64,000 nucleotides of DNA from Macrostomum lignano. Taxonomy: Eukaryota. A program made the translations under genes and the position numbers. Under the pieces are notes generated by a model. It did not search any database and was not told the DNA's origin. It saw nothing but the letters and a program-made list of their open reading frames with translations. Shown here one piece after another: positions 60,733 through 64,000 of the stretch. The DNA is taken from positions 207,527 through 271,526 of the forward strand of contig NIVC01001484.1 of assembly GCA_002269645.1 (NCBI GenBank), in the 5' to 3' direction. Each line of letters begins with the position of its first letter. Position 1 is the first letter of the stretch.

Positions 60733-61968
60733 TTGGGTTGTAACAAAAGTTTCGAGCATTTTCTTTGAACTTCTAGCGCTTTCTTTAGAGAAATTTCTGG
60801 AATGTTCTATGGGGGTATATAAGAGTGACCAGTGCGCACTACCGTATCCACTTCAAGGATATGCTCAACCTTCAGCTACAATGGCTACGAAACAACACGA
60901 TCAACGTCACCTCATTCGAGCATCTTTACTTTTCTGCTTCAAGCTGTGCAACTAAGCAGCTGAGGTGCATTGCAAGTTATGTCAGGCATGTGCCGAAGAC
61001 TGTTTGAGCGATCAACGCTGCCATGTCTGGTTTGCGCAGTTCAAGAAGGGTGAAGGAATCACTCGAAGACAAGTAGCTCTCCGGTCGCCCACCTGAGCTC
61101 GATATCCAGCAGCTAGCCCTGCTTTTCGAAGCTGAGCCATATCTTACAACACGTGAAATTGCAGAGTACTTCAAGGTCTCTGCCATGACCATCGACCGCG
61201 GCCTTCATCAACTCGGCAAAGTGCACAAGCTTGGTCGATGGGTTCCGCACGAACTTTCCCGTGAGAACAAGGATCAGCGCATCATCACATGCAACCAACT
61301 CCTGTCCTATCGTCGCAATCCAGGATGGCTCGATACTGGTTACTGGCGATGAGGAGTGGGTGGCCAGTTTCAACACCACGCGCAAGCGCCAGTGGCTTGG
61401 CATGGCGGATCAGCCACAGCCAACGCCCAAACCTGATCCACACCAAAAGAAGGTCATGATGTGAATCTGGTGGAATTCCAGCGGAATCGTCCACTGGGAG
61501 CTCCTGCCTCGTAACACCTACTGTGAGCAGCTGGACAGACTGCACCAGGCTTTTGTCAAGCAGCAGGGCGCTGGCGCTAAAATTCGATTTCTCCACGACA
61601 ACGCCCGATCTCATGTGGCGAAGAAGACACTGCGGAAGCTGCTCGAGCTGGGCTGGGAAGTGATGCCCCACCCTCCCTACTCGCCTGATCTTGCGCCATC
61701 TGACTACCCCCTGTTCCGCTCTATGCAGAACACATAAATGGCGTGACGTTAAAAGACGCGGAGGAGGTGACAGCCTGGCTCGAGCAACACTTCAAGTCGC
61801 TGCCGCCTGAGTTCTTTAAGAAGGGCATCCACGATCTCATAGCCAGATGGCAACAGGTCATTGATCAAGATTTTGGTTATATCCTGGAAAAGAAACTGTT
61901 ATGGAACTGGAAAAATGAACTCAAAGATTGAGTACCAAAAACGCTCAGAACTTTTGTTACAACAACAA
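60733..61968 (+). mobile_element. Mariner (DD34D) transposon, full-length but inactivated
   Basis: TIRs TTGGGTTGTAACAAAAGTTTCGAGC and the reverse complement TTGTTGTTGTAACAAAAGTTCTGAGC, with TA flanks. Motifs WVPHEL, VTGDEEW, HDNA and HPPYSPDLAPSDY are present; several frameshifts and stops. Confidence 0.93.
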
Positions 61969-63795
61969 TAACTTAAGTGACCATTAAATGTAGCGACTTT
62001 TTTAAATGAGCCCAGTCTTCAGTTTAACACTATATGCGATATCAATCTGACGAACTATAAGGGAACTTCAACAGCCAATAGAACGGAACGGGGGTACCAG
62101 CAGGATGTCAAACGTAAAAAACGAGGAAAACAAACAGTAACTCGGTCAGATTAGCACTCCATCATTCTTTTCTTTCCGATCCATGAATACACACAGTTAA
62201 CAAATTTTTTTGACTTTAGCAACACAGGAGCAGCAAGTAGCTTTCACTATAAGTTGACAGTAGATAGCAAACAGCTAAATTAGTAATAGTCAGAGTTAGT
62301 TTTTACAGTTACAATTTGTTAGTGCAACACAAAGCAGCGAAGGCAGCAGCTCAAACCGGAAAGTGTGTGACGTCACATTTTTTCAAAAAGCGAACCGTGA
62401 CTGGCAACTATATTCTGCATTTAAAACAAAACTTAATATTTCACTATATACTTACCTTGCCTAATTGATAGTGTCTGAAAATGTCTGAAATTGCTAACTA
62501 CTTTCTAAATGAATACTTTAGAAATACTTTTAAACAGAATAATTAGATAACTCGTGGAAACTAAAATATTTGCATCAAATTCTCACCAAAATATTTTGGC
62601 GATTTTAATTTTTCATCACATTGAACACCCACTGAGCGTCTAGTCAATGTTTCAGAAAAGTCGGAATTATTTTGTCGACCTAAACTTAAAGAAGCTTGAT
62701 ACCCCGTCTATGAACCCGTCTGTGTGCCGAATTCTGCAATGCTAAGGCTACTCAAGGATTTGTGCAAAACTGCATGGTTGCCGCGTGAGCTGACGGTGGA
62801 GCACAGGACGAGCTGATTGAGCGCTATTTATCAAGTGGTTCAAAATCGTTCATAACTTTGGAAAAATGCAGCCAAGCCTAAAATTTTATGGAACCACGAC
62901 ACTTCAAAGTCTACATATTTAAAGTTTCATTCAAATCAGACGCTCTGGACGTGAGCAATAGTACAGAAAGTTTTGCAGCTTTATCTTGGACACACAATAT
63001 CTTGGAGACGTCCAACTGATACGTGTCTAGGAAGTTGCTGGCGCATCACAAAACACTTGTCTGCAGCGTCACGGATATCGATACGTATTTTTGTCTTAAG
63101 GGTCTGAACTACGGTGAAAATGCACATACAGGATTGGGAGTCTGAAAAAGCTGTGCACGGATGCATCATCTTTGGCTTTTATGTTTGGCGTCCTTTTACT
63201 TCTAATTTATTACATGTACGTGTCAACAGTTCTCAACAGTATACGAATTCAAACTCCGACTCCAAATACTCCGAATGGAAAGAAGATTGTCAGTCGTGCA
63301 CTCGAACTTCTCTGAGCAATATAAATATTGCCGTGTATTTGATCATAGACTGATGCGTTAGGCAAAATTTTCTGGTCAAAGTAAATATTTCAGTCTTCGG
63401 ATTGACTTCAGTTCTCAAGCAGTTTGATCTTCGCAGTGCTCAGCTCCTGAAGACAACACACATCGGTTCGAAACACGAATTGGCGAATTTTGCTGATTTC
63501 TCTCAGAGTCTGGAATTCAAAATAAAAAAATGTTTTGCGCTGATTGTCAAAGTAGTGCCAGAAGAAATCAGGACATATCTGATCAAAATTTTCAGAAAAG
63601 TAAATGTCCAAAATCTTGTTTGAAACAAACAACCAGGAATAGCAAATGGCGTAATGGCACTTTATACACATACGAGTACTTTTTGAATCTGCGAATCCGG
63701 GATCCTCATCCTTGATCAAAATTCGAACTATAGGACCCAGATTCTAATTTAGAATTTAAATCCGGAATCCTCATCCAGGACTGAATTCAGAAGTG

Positions 63796-63999
63796 CTATG
63801 AGCAGAGTATAAAGGAGCAACAGAGCAGCATCACCCACCGCCAGACGTATCGATCCTTTTTCGACGCTCGTCGCTCAAGGTGTCGATAGCGTTTGAGCAG
63901 CGTCTCGCGAGCAATTTCGTCATCATAGGGCTCGACGGTCTCGAAGCGCCGTTTCAGCGTGAACATGTTGCTCCAGGGACTCTCGTCACCTCCGTCGTT
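63796..63999 (-). CDS. Last coding segment of a gene entering from the right edge, with a C-terminal hydrophobic tail
   Basis: Open frame NDGGDESPWSNMFTLKRRFETVEPYDDEIARETLLKRYRHLERRASKKDRYVWRWVMLLCCSFILCS*. Confidence 0.55.
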   Translation of the reverse strand, partial: NDGGDESPWSNMFTLKRRFETVEPYDDEIARETLLKRYRHLERRASKKDRYVWRWVMLLCCSFILCS

Positions 64000-64000
64000 C

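Overview
This is eukaryotic (metazoan) genomic DNA, very rich in micro- and minisatellites, with GC-rich spliced exons. The style suggests an invertebrate such as a free-living flatworm (inference only). Host genes: the 3' part of a rhodopsin-type peptide GPCR; a 12-exon, ~22 kb divergent ionotropic glutamate receptor family gene on the minus strand; two small 4-TM proteins; a secreted peptide precursor; a protein with an internally duplicated unrecognised domain; and a partial gene at the right edge. The best candidate for an undescribed system is an ~8.3 kb fold-back DNA transposon (35115-43404, TA duplication). Its ~2-2.4 kb inverted arms are built from 161-bp tandem units. It carries one intact ORF joining a C2H2 finger, a PIF/Harbinger/ISL2EU-type (DDE_Tnp_4-like) transposase, a SWIM-like motif and a ubiquitin-specific protease (USP/C19) domain with intact catalytic motifs. 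A second TIR-bounded element (24470-30094) sits inside a (CTGT)n array in an iGluR intron and carries a spliced gene encoding a chromodomain and a BRCT-like segment. Also present: degenerate mariner, Tc1/IS630 and non-LTR RNase H remnants, and tRNA-derived SINEs, one with a MIR/CORE-like domain. Exon models were built by hand from GT/AG signals and reading-frame continuity; no database searches were run.
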